A stretch of 64,000 nt of DNA from the human T2T-CHM13v2.0 reference genome, Homo sapiens, in assembly GCF_009914755.1 (NCBI RefSeq), contig NC_060931.1, one strand, 5' to 3'. Within the stretch, counting starts at the first letter, position 1. Each line of letters begins with the position of its first letter. The notes under the pieces are model-generated. The model was not told where the DNA came from and did not search any database. It saw only the letters and a list, made by a program, of their open reading frames with translations. Positions 14,957 to 26,611 of the stretch are shown here, in pieces. The position numbers were made by a program, and so were the translations under genes.

Positions 14957-15699
14957 GGTGGGTCAAAGGAATCCAAGACGAGGAACCAAAGAAACAAAGA
15001 AACACCTCCCACAACCATCTCATTGCACTTGCAATTACTACACCTGCTTAATGCTTGTCTTCCTTTATTCATGAGCAAAGAGCCTGTGTCTGTTTTCTTC
15101 ATGGCTACATCCTGATGCCTGGCCTACAGCCACAGAGAATACTCAGGCACACAGTAGGTAATCAAGTAATAGTTGCTGAATTACACTGAATTAAATTGAA
15201 CTGGGGTTAGGTGAGGGGTGCCTAGGAAAAAAGAGCCCTGAGGTTCTACTCAGAATTTGACAGCCCCCTATTCCTGTTGAGATTTGTAGTCAATTCATGA
15301 GTTGAATGTTGGCTTTATCATTGCCTCTTTGTTTTTGTTTTTCTCTTGTCAGTTCAGGTTTTCTTTTTGCTTTGGAAATAGACTTCCTTGCCTCACCTGC
15401 ACTGTCCCATCCTACCTTCTTAGCAAGATCACGTTTCTAACTCCCTAAACTAACCCTCATTGAGCTTGATGATTAAAAATGCCAAGAAACATCCTTACTA
15501 GTTTGTGATAGTGGAATGTGATGTAATGAGTCCTCCTTTAAAGCATCTCACTCCACATTTGTCCTCTCATTCTACCAGTTCCGGAGTGAATGTCCCTTGT
15601 CCTAGGTTCCTTTAACCCCAGCTTTTGAGGGTTCTCTATTTATCTGCTGCCCATGTATTTGAGATTTGACTGCACCCCAGGAGTTGTGCTACATTTTGT

Positions 15700-16090
15700 G
15701 GCTACAAAGACAGTCAGTTCTGTGCTTGCCTTCCAGGAGCTCAGAGGGGTGATAAACTCATAATCAACTGTAAAATTCTAAAAATGTGATAAATGCAGGG
15801 GTGAAGCAAGGATTGGGGTATCATGGGAGTGCCCTGGGGAGACACCTAACTGCCCTTGTGGGTCAGGGAAGATTTCCCGGTAAGGCAATGTCTGAGCTGA
15901 GTTTGGGAGGTTGTATAAGAGTTAATCACACCAAAGGGAACAGGCGAAGGGCGTTGCAGGTAGCACAGTGGGGAGGCCCGTAGCTTCAGAGCATTTGGGT
16001 CAATGTGGAAGGAAGACACTGGCAGAAGAAGAGTTGGGAGAGAGAGACAGCAGCCAGCTCAGGAAGGATTTTGTGTGCTGTGCAAAGCCT
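15700..16090 (-). mobile_element. L2 fragment
   Basis: ccttccaggagctc, ggtcagggaagatttc, gagctgagt antisense L2 motifs. Confidence 0.7.
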
Positions 16091-16459
16091 TCTCCATGGT
16101 GGTGACTGCCTCCTTTCTCATTAGCCGCTTCCTCAGGAACTCCCTACATTTGACTTGCATCCCCACCAGGCCACTCTAAACGCTCCCTTGAAAGCTCCCA
16201 TCATATTTCCAAGTCCCACCCAGGGGGAAGGGTTATACAGGTGTGCATGCCAGAAGCCAGGACTCTTGGGACCATCTTAGAATTCTGCTTACCATATAGC
16301 CCATGAGTCTATGCCCTATTGCCTCATTTTTCAAACTCAAAATATTTTTTTAAAATGTTCCCAAACTGACTCCATGTTTCAAGTTCACCATTTAAGGAAA
16401 TGAGGCCATGGCAGAGACAGCTCTCCCTCAGTATCTGAATTCCTTTTCTTTTTGAGACA

Positions 16460-16910
16460 GTGCCTACTCTACCATAGAGAATGCTGCAGAATTTTTAGCT
16501 GAGTACAAGGCCACTCTTAGCTTCCCTTGCAACCAGGTGTAGCCATCAGATTAATTTCTGGACAATGGAATGTAAGTGAATGTGATGAGTAGCTACGAGG
16601 AACCTCACTCAAGAGATCCTGGCTTTTGCTTTTTGCCAGTTCTTCTTCTTTTCTTTCTCCATGTGGATGCCGGAACCCAAGTGCCACCATCTTGTACCAT
16701 GAGAATAGAGACCACACCCTAGGGATGGCAGATGAGTGAGCTGGCAGGGCCCTTTGTCTCCAGGGACTTTGTGGGACAGAACTGCCTTGCCAGCTTTGAA
16801 CTGCATACTTCTGAACTTTTAACTGATAGGGATATAGACTTCTATTTTGTTTAAGCCACAGTTGATGTGAGTTGTCTGATGCTCACAGTTAGATATAATC
16901 CTAACCAACA
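16460..16910 (+). mobile_element. MLT1 (MLT1I/J-like) LTR
   Basis: caatggaatgtaagtgaa...gccaccatcttgtaccatgag...ttgtttaagccac...tcctaac. Confidence 0.75.
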
Positions 16911-17369
16911 CAGGGTTATTTCCTTAGTCCCTCTAGACTTGAAAACTTAAATTTATTTTTCTTCCTTCAATCTCTTTAAGCTCTTATGTCCACCAACGCA
17001 CTAAATCCTGTTGATTCTTCCTTTGTGCTTCACCTCACACTCATCCTTGCTTTTCAATTTCCATCGCCTTTCTGGTCCCACAGTATTCTCTGGATTCCAT
17101 CCCCCTCTGTCCAATCAAGACTGCCAGCTCCCCAGATTCCTGAGGTATTACGTTCATCCTGAGGCATCACCTCAAACCGCTCAAATGTGGGCTGCTATTG
17201 TGCTTAATAGGATGGAGTCCCAACATCTTGCCACATCATTAAACCATTCGATAATATAGTCCTAACCTAACTTTTCTGTTTCTCCTCCCTCTGATACACA
17301 CCTTCCCCAACACCCAAGAGAGCCCCCAACACAGCCCATTTTGTTCAATGTCTTTGCCTTTGCTTTATC

Positions 17370-17880
17370 CTAGAGGGTTTCCGCCCTGGCCGCACATTAG
17401 AATCAGCTACAGAGCCATTCAAGATGGTGCCCTGTGTGTTAGCGCTCAATGCTGGAAGGCATTCTCTCATGTGAGCCACAAAACTACCCTGTAAGATGTA
17501 GTACTCTTACTGTCACCATTCTACAGAGGAGGGAACAAGAAACTTAGGAAGTTTAGGACATGGTTCCTGGTCAGATGGCCAGTGAGTGGGAAGCCAGGAT
17601 TTCAGCAGATAAGATTTCCCTCTAAACCACTACTCTATAGTCTCTTAAACTATATTACAAGTTAAAAAATAATTATTTCTGATAGTATACCACATAATTG
17701 CCAATAAATCACCAAGTATGAGTGAAAATTTAAAAAATATATAACTGCGTAGATCTCACCCCAAACCAATGGCATCTGAATTTCTGAGGAGTGGGGCTGG
17801 AGTGTCTTTGCATTAGCTTTAGGGTCAGCCCAGCCTTACCCCTAAGTGATTCCAGTGTGTAGCTGGGGCTGAGAACACTT
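17370..17880. mobile_element. MER5-like MITE pieces with an intervening antisense MIR
   Basis: ctggccgcacattagaatca and gtgattccagtgtg...ctgagaacac; MIR motif ccattctacagaggaggg. Confidence 0.55.
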
Positions 17881-20800
17881 CTTTATCCAGTTGCTCCCAT
17901 CTATGTCTCTTCCTCTAGTTCCTTCTCTCCACCCCACGTCCTACTGGCCTTTGGGATTCAGTCTAAGTGTCATCTCCTGTGTGGACCCGGCCTGCTTTCT
18001 CCAGCCTGCCAGAGTGCTCCATTCTCTGAACGCCAATTGCAAAACTTGTCCACCCCAGCTGAGCTGGCACCTATTCTGCCCCTCGGTTGGAATTTAGCTC
18101 TTGATTTTATGCCACTGGATCCCTGGTAAGTTTCCATATTTAGTCATTTGCTTCTCAGCTACCTCCACCTCTACCCCAAAAAGAGTGACAAGCATAATCA
18201 TGCCTCTATCTGAAAGCAAGACTTGAACTCAGGGTTCTGCCAAGTGGTATTTTTGGCCCAGGGCTCTTTTCCTAGGGATTGGAAACCAGAAACATGTGGG
18301 GAAACAGATTGTGACTGAGGGGCAGGGGCATCAGCATGGCAGAGGAGTGTGGAGAGGGCCCTGCATGCCTCTCAGATGCAAGCTTGGAAAGTGGCAGGAT
18401 GATGATGGAATGATGGTGCCTCTAGGGACGTTTGGACCTATGAGCTGGGAAATGTTGAGAGAAAAGCCTGGGCAGGGCCTGGGTTAGAATTTGTTGGTCA
18501 CGGAAGAGGAATTGAGAGAGGAACAATTTCAGCATAAGTGACATTGGGCCAACTGAGGTTGTTGAATGACTGAATGAATGGCTCTTCAGTTGTATTCTTA
18601 GGAAGAATTTGGGGGGCTGCAGCACCTTCGCTGCCAGACAAGAGAGGCAAAGAAGGGGTCAGATGGAGGGTCTGTTGGAAAGGAGAGAGTCTGTGGCCAC
18701 CAGAGGCCCAGCCAGCCAGAAGCCAAATCCCAAGAGGGTATCTCACTCGGCCATCTGCCCACCTGTAGCCCCTGGATTTGAGGGCCATTGATTCCTTGGC
18801 TGGGCCAATTTCCACTGCAGTCGAGGTCATTGCCAGGTCTCCACGTCTGTGCTGATAACTCTGCTTGATGATCCCTTTCCTCCAGTGTATGAAGGAGGTG
18901 GTGAAAGGAATTGCAGGGAAGGAGCATCACTTATCTTGAGTTATACCAGGACCTAATGGCAGTCCTGGAATCAGAAGCCAGCTCTCTTAATTCCTGACCA
19001 GGCTCTTTCTTCTTGACTCTGTTGCCAAAGTTAGTCACTTTGCCATTGTGGGGCTCAGAACAGGGCCTCTGGTTGGGGACTGGGGGGCTCTCCTCCTGGC
19101 CCATGTTCAACAGGAGGTCCCGGGTCTTCCCTGGCTGAGCCTATTCTTGCAAACTATGTGGGGGCTGATGTAGGACATAGAGTGGCCTCTGGGGAGACAG
19201 CCTTGTGGATCCTCACTAGGTCATTGGCCCTTCTGGCCCCATTGCCATCAGCGTCATATAGTGAGATCAGCTGCCTCCAAGCCCCATGGGAGGCCTGGTG
19301 TGAAGAGCTCAGCTCAGCAATGAAACCTATGGCCCATGTGATCAACAACATCCTGATCTCAGCAGACTGCTGATAGAAGGAGAGGTTAAGACCTATTCCA
19401 GAGCATGATTGGATTGGACAAGACAGCCAAGGTGCTCAACACATCAAAGAAGTCTTTCCACAAATGTGGCCATTCCTGCAGTGCTGCCATGGGGGAGCCA
19501 CGACAACTTCAGTTCAGGCAACAACCCTCACCCCTCAATTGTACTCCAGCCCAGGTGACTGGGCCTGTGGGGAATGTCTAACCCAAGGGCTGTGATCTCT
19601 GGACACCCCAGGAGCCTAGAAGTGGCCTGAATCAGAGGCTCTCATTAACCTGGTGCCGACCTGAGTCATTCTGATTCTCTCCTTCATAGTAATTTGAACT
19701 GGAGATGTGGTGAGAAAGCCAGAAGGAGGCAGGGACAAATGAGTCATGAGCAACCTTCAGCGCAGCACTCCAACCTGGCATCTTGCAGCTCCTGCTGCCT
19801 CAGAGCTACAAGATAGCCCAGGGAGTCAATAGAGCCCCAGTGCCAAACAGCATTCCAGGTTCCCAGCCCCCTTCCCCTGGCCCCACCCCGCTGCATTCCA
19901 ACGATAGCTAAGTCTGAACATACCTGGACTCCTAATTCCCTCCTACCCTTGTGCCTCCTCACAATGAGCCTGGTTACCTGAAGCAGCCTGTTACCAAAGG
20001 CCCCCTCAGTGGCAGCACAGACACTACTGGGGAAGAGCATCTCAGAGGCAAAGTGGGGTGCAGCTGTCCCTCCCACACAGAGAACTCCTCCACTCCCACC
20101 TTGGAGGATAGGGAGTGTTACATGAGGAGACCCGGCAGGCCCCTGGGACTCACAGGCTGCCATCAATGTGCTGACAGGCCTGGGATGCAAGGCTGAACAA
20201 CCTGGGGCAACAGTGTGTCCAAGATAGGGCTGGGCCACAGAGAACCAGTCACAAGCCTGCATGTGTGTGCTGGGCAGGCAGCTGCCACATCCTTGCTGGC
20301 TGAGTCAGACCCCTTGGTCACTGAGTCTCCAGTTTATTGTTATTCACTGAATAACAGAAGTTTCTGTGGGCCCAGATGAGACTGGGGTCTGTCTGTCTTG
20401 TGATTGTAAGGCACTGGCTTTCCTGCCAAACAGCTCATTGCGCAGATCCAGGGCCTCTCTCCTTGGACCTGGGTGGACTCCAGGATCTCCTGCTGAAATA
20501 GCCAGGCCTCTCCTAGCCCAGGTCTTCAGAGATATCAACATCAGCACCACTCTGCATCTCAGGACAGGCCCTCGGCTGAGAGACAGTAAGCAGACTGCAG
20601 AGCTTCCTAGGCACCTACTGTGTGCCTGAGTGGCACAGCTGGGCCACATGGAGCACATGGAGATGGGTGAGACCAGCTTCCAGCTCTGAGAAGTTACAAC
20701 CCAGCAGGGAGATGTGCAGCTTAGAGAACTAATCATCCCACATTGACACTGCAATGTGATCAAAGCCTTGAGAGCCATTCCCCATGATCCAGGGACTAAC

Positions 20801-22812
20801 GGTAGGTGAGCTCATAGCTCTGGGGATCAGAGAGGCCTGCACGGAGGAATCAGCATTAGACCTGGGTTTTGGCGGCTGCATGGACTTCGACATGGAGAGG
20901 TAGATGGGAGCAATGGACTGAGGCAGTAGGTTCCCAAAAAAGGGACTTTCAATCTTTGCTGACACAACATTAATGTCAGTTGTGCCCAGGACTGTGCCAG
21001 AAGCAGCTGGGGGAACAGAGGTGAGTGCCATGTGGTCCCTGCCATGAGAGAGGGCCAAACAGGCAGATTTTGGCTGCAGCTCAGTGGGACAGGAGCTGCA
21101 GGTGAGGGAAGGGCAGCAGCGGTGGAGCCCAGCAAAGCAGCCTTGGTGCATGTCTTGCTGGGAAACAAGCACAGAGAGAGGGAGGTGGAGCCATAACCTG
21201 ACCCTCCCCATCTCCACTTGATTGAACCTGAATCTGAAGGCATTGGAGAGCTGCTTTCGGAAGTCTGGAGCAGAGGCTGATGATATGGAGGGAAAGACCA
21301 CAGATGCCATCTTTTTGGGGGCCAGCCTCTCAATGTCACTATTCTCCGAGTGTCCCTTGATCAGGTTTCCCCAAATATGTCTCCAGGGAATATGCATATG
21401 GTGGCAAGTGTTGGTTCACTCATTGCTGAGTGAACCGTGCACAACGGCAGGGGCAGGGGCAGGAAGAGGGCATCTCATTTCTTCAGCACATTCTAGGTAC
21501 TATTGCTTGTCATCTTCACAACCGCCTGTGGGGTGGGCTCCATGACCCGGTTTTACAGTCGAGGCCCCTGCAGCTCAGGGCGAGACCAGCGGGGCACATG
21601 CAGAGGGAGGGCCAGGCAGCTCCCAGGGGGCCAGGCCAGGCATGTCCTCTGCAGAACTTGTTCTTTGGTGGGCTCCTACCTGAGGCGGGCAGCTGGGTTT
21701 GTTTGTCCACGAAGGTCAGTGCGTGGTTGCCTGCTCATCATCTCTGTGGTCAGCAAGGAACAAAGGCCAATAGGAGAATACCTGGGGTCAGGGGGCTGGG
21801 GGAACGGCGTGCTGTGCAAGACATCAGTAGGCTCTGTGCATGCACAGAGACCTTGGGGGACGTTTCCCTAAATCTCAGGCACACTCTTACACCCTCTAAC
21901 CCCCCGCCACCCCCCGCCAGAAAAAATCTCACCCTGGGCGAGACAAGCCCAGGGTGAAATGAACCAACAGGGACCTCTCTGCGCCCTTCACCCGGTTCCT
22001 CTGGGAGGAAGGGGAACGCCAATGCCCGGGAGCGGCCTTTGGGAGGAAGGGGAAGGCTAATGCCCTCTCAAATGCTCTTCCCTGCTTCCCGCATCTACTC
22101 AGGTGTGTGAGGGAGCCCGCGGAACCCGCTCTGCCCAGCCGGCGCGCCCTCGACCGCCCTCGGAGTTCCGCGGCTCCGCGCGCCGCCTCCCCGCCTCCGC
22201 CGACATTCCGAGGCTCCGCGTTTGCCATTTCGATCTGGAGGCGCATTCTCCTCACCCTCGGAGAGAGACTGGGTCAAGGGCCCAGGCTGGGAAGAAGGGA
22301 CAGCTAGTAAAGGAACTCTGCCCGCCTGGCCGGCGGAGAGCCGCAGAGAGAGGACGCTCACAAAAGTCGGTCGCTACCCGGCCCAAACGATTGTGGAGCC
22401 GGCGAGAGCAACTGGTCCCCCAGTCCTCCTCCCTGGAGGAGGTGCGGGGGCGCGGCAGGCGGGCTTGGCCCACCCCAGCCGAGGAGCTTGTGGGGGACGG
22501 CGGGCGGCCGGCTGGACCCCTGCAGGGCTTCCCCCACTTTCGGGAGCCCGAGCGGCCGAGGGAGAAAGGGCAGGGGCTCTCCGCCGTCCGTCTGGGAGAG
22601 CAGCTCCTCCCAGTCGGGCCCGCAGGTGTGGGTGGGGAGGGGCCGTGTCCGCCTCCGTGCTAGGTAGAGGGTGGGAGGAGGGACCTTGTCTGTCCCCCTC
22701 AGCTGGGTAGGAAACCCCGACTCGGACCTGTCCTTGAGCGCGGGGGATCTGGGCACCCCCTCCCCCAGCAGGTTCCCGAGAGTCCGCCCGAGGGTAGACA
22801 GACCTAGGCGTG

Positions 22813-22832
22813 GTGTGCACGCGCGCGTGTGT
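22813..22832. other. Z-DNA-prone alternating purine/pyrimidine tract
   Basis: gtgtgcacgcgcgcgtgtgt, 20 bp perfect RY alternation, containing palindrome cacgcgcgcgtg. Confidence 0.7.
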
Positions 22833-23092
22833 CTGTGGGTGTGCGTGCGAGCGAGGCAAGAGGGTCTTGGCGTCCCCCGCACCCTCTCTGCCGGGTTCTA
22901 TATTTTGCCTTTCTTTGTTCTCAAAATAGTAGGCGAGCGCGGCCGGCGCTGCCCTGGCGAGGGGTGGGGGCTCCGCGCTCGCTCGCGCGAGCCGAGTTAG
23001 CTGCAGGGTTACAAACAGTATCTCCCTGCTCCCCCGGCCTGAATTAATGTGTTACTATTTCGGGCGAGCCAGTGTTTCCAGGGGAAACCTAA

Positions 23093-23108
23093 TGACGCAA
23101 TGACGTCA
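23093..23108. promoter_or_regulatory. Tandem CRE: TGACGCAA followed by consensus TGACGTCA
   Basis: Exact motif match inside the CpG island. Confidence 0.75.
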
Positions 23109-23132
23109 ATGCAGGTCAGCAGCAGACTCTCC

Positions 23133-23147
23133 GGGAGGGCGGGCGGG
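23133..23147 (+). other. Canonical G-quadruplex motif
   Basis: GGGAGGGCGGGCGGG: four G3 tracts with 1-nt loops. Confidence 0.75.
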
Positions 23148-24231
23148 CTCCCGGCTTTCGGGCTCGGCGCAGTCTGCGGGCGGGAGGGCGCCGGCGAGGT
23201 GGCGAGGGCGGCGGGCGCGGGGGCGCGGGAGCCCCGGCTAAGCCCGGGGACGGGAGGGCGCCCCCTCCCAGCGCCCGAACCCAGGCAACTTCCCGCCGCC
23301 CGGGCAGGAGTTTCTCCGTAGCCCACGGACATCCGGGAGGCTTGTGGAGGGCAGGCGGGTAACCCCCACTCCCACCCCACCTTTATCCAGGGGCAGCCAG
23401 AGGAGCCAGCAGGTCGGGACTCGCTGAGGGGGCTCCACGCGGGGCCTCCCACGCACAGGTACGCGCTGGTCCTCGGGGTGTCCCCAGTTTGGGAGGGAGA
23501 CACGCACAGTCGCTCCCGTCCACACTCCTCTCGTGTCCTGGCTCCATGACTGGGAGTCTGGGGAAAGAAGAATGGGTGTCTGAGACCTACCCCTCCGCCG
23601 GTGTCGCCCCGCTCTTTCTGGGCGTAGGAGCGGGCTGCCTGCCCCTCTCCCGCACCTTCCTGGTCTCGGGCTAGAACTGGGGCTTCCCATCGGCCGCGCT
23701 TCCCTTAGGGGCGCCATCTGAGGTCGGAAGCAAAGCTGGAGGGGCGTCCAGGCCAGAGGACGCGGGCTGGGGCGGGAGCCTCGGCAGCCTGGTGGGAGCT
23801 GGTGCCCACTGCAGGGTGCGTGTACGGGGCTGCCTGCGTGTGCTTGGTGTGTGTCACTTCTGGGAGCGTACCCCGTGTGTCCACGGGGTGTGTATGCGCC
23901 CACGGAAGTCCTCTGTGCATGCGTGTCTGTGCCATAGGCGTGGGAACACCTCGTGCACCCATGGTACTTGCCCGGAGAGTAGGAAGCCAGCGAGGGAGCG
24001 GCCCTGCTCCAGGGTCTCTTCCCTGCTCATCCCTCCAGCTGGCCCAGATTACACCCTACTCACACCCGGGTCGCGGCCCACTTTCCCCATAGCCGCAGCT
24101 TCCGGCGGCTGCACACTTCTTAGTGCTCATCCTGCCTTCTCGCCCCAACTCGTTGTGCCCTTCCCTCCTTGGAGAGTGAGTAGAAGAGGGGATGGGGAGG
24201 AATCCGTTTCCATCCCCCGCGACCCCCTCAC

Positions 24232-24352
24232 CTAGGGCGGAGGCGCAAGCTCTGCTGGGTGCTCTCCGCCCCCTTGATCGCCGCTCTCGGTTTTCAGCAC
24301 CAGGATCCGGACAGCTCCCCACCTGGCCCTGAGGGGCCTCTTTCCTTGCCCT
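24232..24352 (-). other. Candidate non-coding first exon of an unidentified transcript
   Basis: Begins about 31 nt after a minus-strand TATAAA; has no ATG; ends at TAG|GTGAGG donor (GT at 24231-24230). Confidence 0.45.
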
Positions 24353-24376
24353 GGCCTGGAACGCCCCCGCCCTGGC

Positions 24377-24384
24377 CTTTATAG
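24377..24384 (-). promoter_or_regulatory. TATA-like box (CTATAAAG)
   Basis: Only AT-rich island at the CGI edge; CA dinucleotide about 31 nt downstream; adjacent GC box. Confidence 0.5.
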
Positions 24385-26611
24385 CTTCCAGCTAGCTCCA
24401 GTACCCTATCCTAGACCCTCTTCCCTGCCCCCAACACAAACACACATCCGGCCTTCCCATCCCGGACTTCTGTCGGGTGGCCAGGAGCACCCAGGGCCAG
24501 AACCTGCCTGGGAAATCTCTGAAACTGACTGGCAGGCGTCACCACATCACAGCCTGTCTTTCTCCAAAGGGCAGTGACTGAAGAGAGACTGCTACAGCCC
24601 TGCTACAGGCTCCCTTTCCCACCTCAGTTCATTAAAATAAGTGAATAAAGCCAGATTCCTTCCCCAAAAGGCTAGCCAGACTTCAGAAGGCACTCTTAGA
24701 TCTAGGATTTTCTGGATTCTTGAAACGCAACTGGTGGACCCTAGGACCCCCTTCCAGACATTCTCACAGCCCCTCCTTCCTCTCTTTTTCTAAATCCAGG
24801 CCTCCTCCGGTGGAAGGGGATGGAATGAACTCCAACCATCTCTCCATTTCCAGCAGCAGAGAGGGTTCAGATGATGTCATGGCTTTGGGGGCGCTGGATG
24901 GGAGATGTATGTGCAGATTCTCACCACAGATGTGCCCTGGGCTCCCCAAGACACCTCTAGAGGTGACTTTTGTGGGACCACGGCTCTGTGCAGACTGCTT
25001 TCACTGGGATGTGGCCACCCAGAGACCTCTGAGGAAGCCCCCACCCCAAGTGGAATCCAGGATACAGCAACTCTACCTGTGGCTCTCCCCACTCCTTTAG
25101 CTGACAAACACCAGATATGTTGCTGGAATATCGTCCTAGACACCTCTCCTTAGTGAGAGAGAAAGGTGTCTCCTTAGTGTCATCCCAAACCCTCCAGGAA
25201 GAGCAGAAAGGGCCTGTGTGATGCCCTAGCTGATTCAGGGATAGGTGAAGAAAGTCAAGGAGAAGTCCCCTCTCTCCATCCTGCCTATCCTACTTCTGAG
25301 AACTTTGGTAAGCTGGAGATGGGGAGCCCTTCTCCTACCAGGGAATTGGGCAATTTTTCCTCTCTCCACATTCTTCTCTCTCAGGCAGCAGAGACTAGGC
25401 CAACCTTGTCGGATCTGGCCCAGGACAGATCCATGTGTTGTCTTTGTTCCACTGAGGCAAAGGGCAGGAGAGGAGATCTGGGCTTGGAGAGGAGGGTGCC
25501 TCTTTGCAGAAGCTCTGGGACCTGGGGTGAGGCAGTCACACTCTCCGCACAAAATGGCCTTTTCTCTGAAGCAGACATTGTTCTGCCTACTGCTGAGCTA
25601 CCAGAGAGAGGAGAGAAAAATCCCCCCAGGCTGGGGACAAGGGAAGGAGAGGCAGCCACCCCAGTCCAGTGGCACTTCCTTCTGACAGGGTAGAAGTCTA
25701 AGCCCAGCTCCTGTGACATTCTCAGAGTGTCCACGGGTCTCGAGGGAAGCTGAAAATGGCTGTTCTCTCAAATGAATTACTTTTCAGACAAAAAGAACAG
25801 CGTATGACTCAGTTAAGGAGGTGGCAGTGTGGACAAAACACACAGAGAGCAAGAGGATGAGCCTTCCACTAAAGGTCAGTGGTCTCCCCAGGGTCTTTCA
25901 GCCCAAATTCAGTCCCCTGGGAGTGCAAAGCTGCCACCATCTGCCTAGCCCCATGCCTGACCACTTTCCAAGCTTCTCTGGCTCCATGACCTTCCTCTGT
26001 GCTCAGCTGGGTAACATCTGGCTGCAGCCTCATGGGAAGGCTGGCCAAGATCGGGCAGGTACAGAGAAGTTTGCTTGTGGATATGAGCATGGCTTCTCTG
26101 GTTTTGCACAGCAGAGACCTTGGAGAGGAAAGCCAGGGAAGGTGCAGGACCCCACCCTGCAGGAAGCCAGCACAGTGACATGGTACTGGTCATTGGGGAG
26201 AGAGCCTGAGCCTCTGCAGTTGTCCTTGTCTGACTGCAGACATCATGGGCCAGAGGAGCTTCTGGTCTTTTAAGTGCCCTGGGTCAGGTGCTTAGCAGGG
26301 AGCTGGACTGATGCAGCACCATGCCCAAAACAGGGGGTCAGATTCTCCCTTCAGCCCCATGCTGTTTTCTTAAGCAAGTCCTTATGATGAGCCTCAGTTT
26401 CTCCATCTGCATAATGGGGGTTAACTGAAGCAGAGAAGGCACCCACAGGCTTGTCCTGAGTGTGTCTGAACAACATTTTATTTGCATCTGAAGTCAGAGC
26501 TTGTCAGGAGAGCTGGCTCCTTTGTTCACTAAAATGTCTGGGTTCCTGAGAGGCTCAGGGTGCCTTCGGGTATGGGAAAGGCTGATTCAGGTTCAGTGGT
26601 AACTTTATCAT

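Larger units (their letters stand above)
22020..24370. promoter_or_regulatory. CpG island / promoter region
   Basis: About 2.3 kb of very GC-rich, CpG-dense, repeat-free sequence with many GC boxes, contrasting with CpG-depleted flanks. Confidence 0.92.

Noticed and set aside
23708-23727. CTCF-like motif (minus strand CCTCAGATGGCGC), with weaker ones near 29975, 46800 and 52970
   Set aside because: Only the core matches; such matches are frequent in GC-rich DNA and cannot be supported without PWM scoring or ChIP.
21929-24322. Overlapping long ORFs (up to 221 aa) across the CpG island
   Set aside because: Stop-codon scarcity in GC-rich DNA; open in several frames on both strands, low-complexity R/G/P/A content, no domains.
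22020-24384. Assigning a gene name to the CpG-island promoter
   Set aside because: No coding exon in the window and I do not recognise the UTR sequence, so any name would be a guess.
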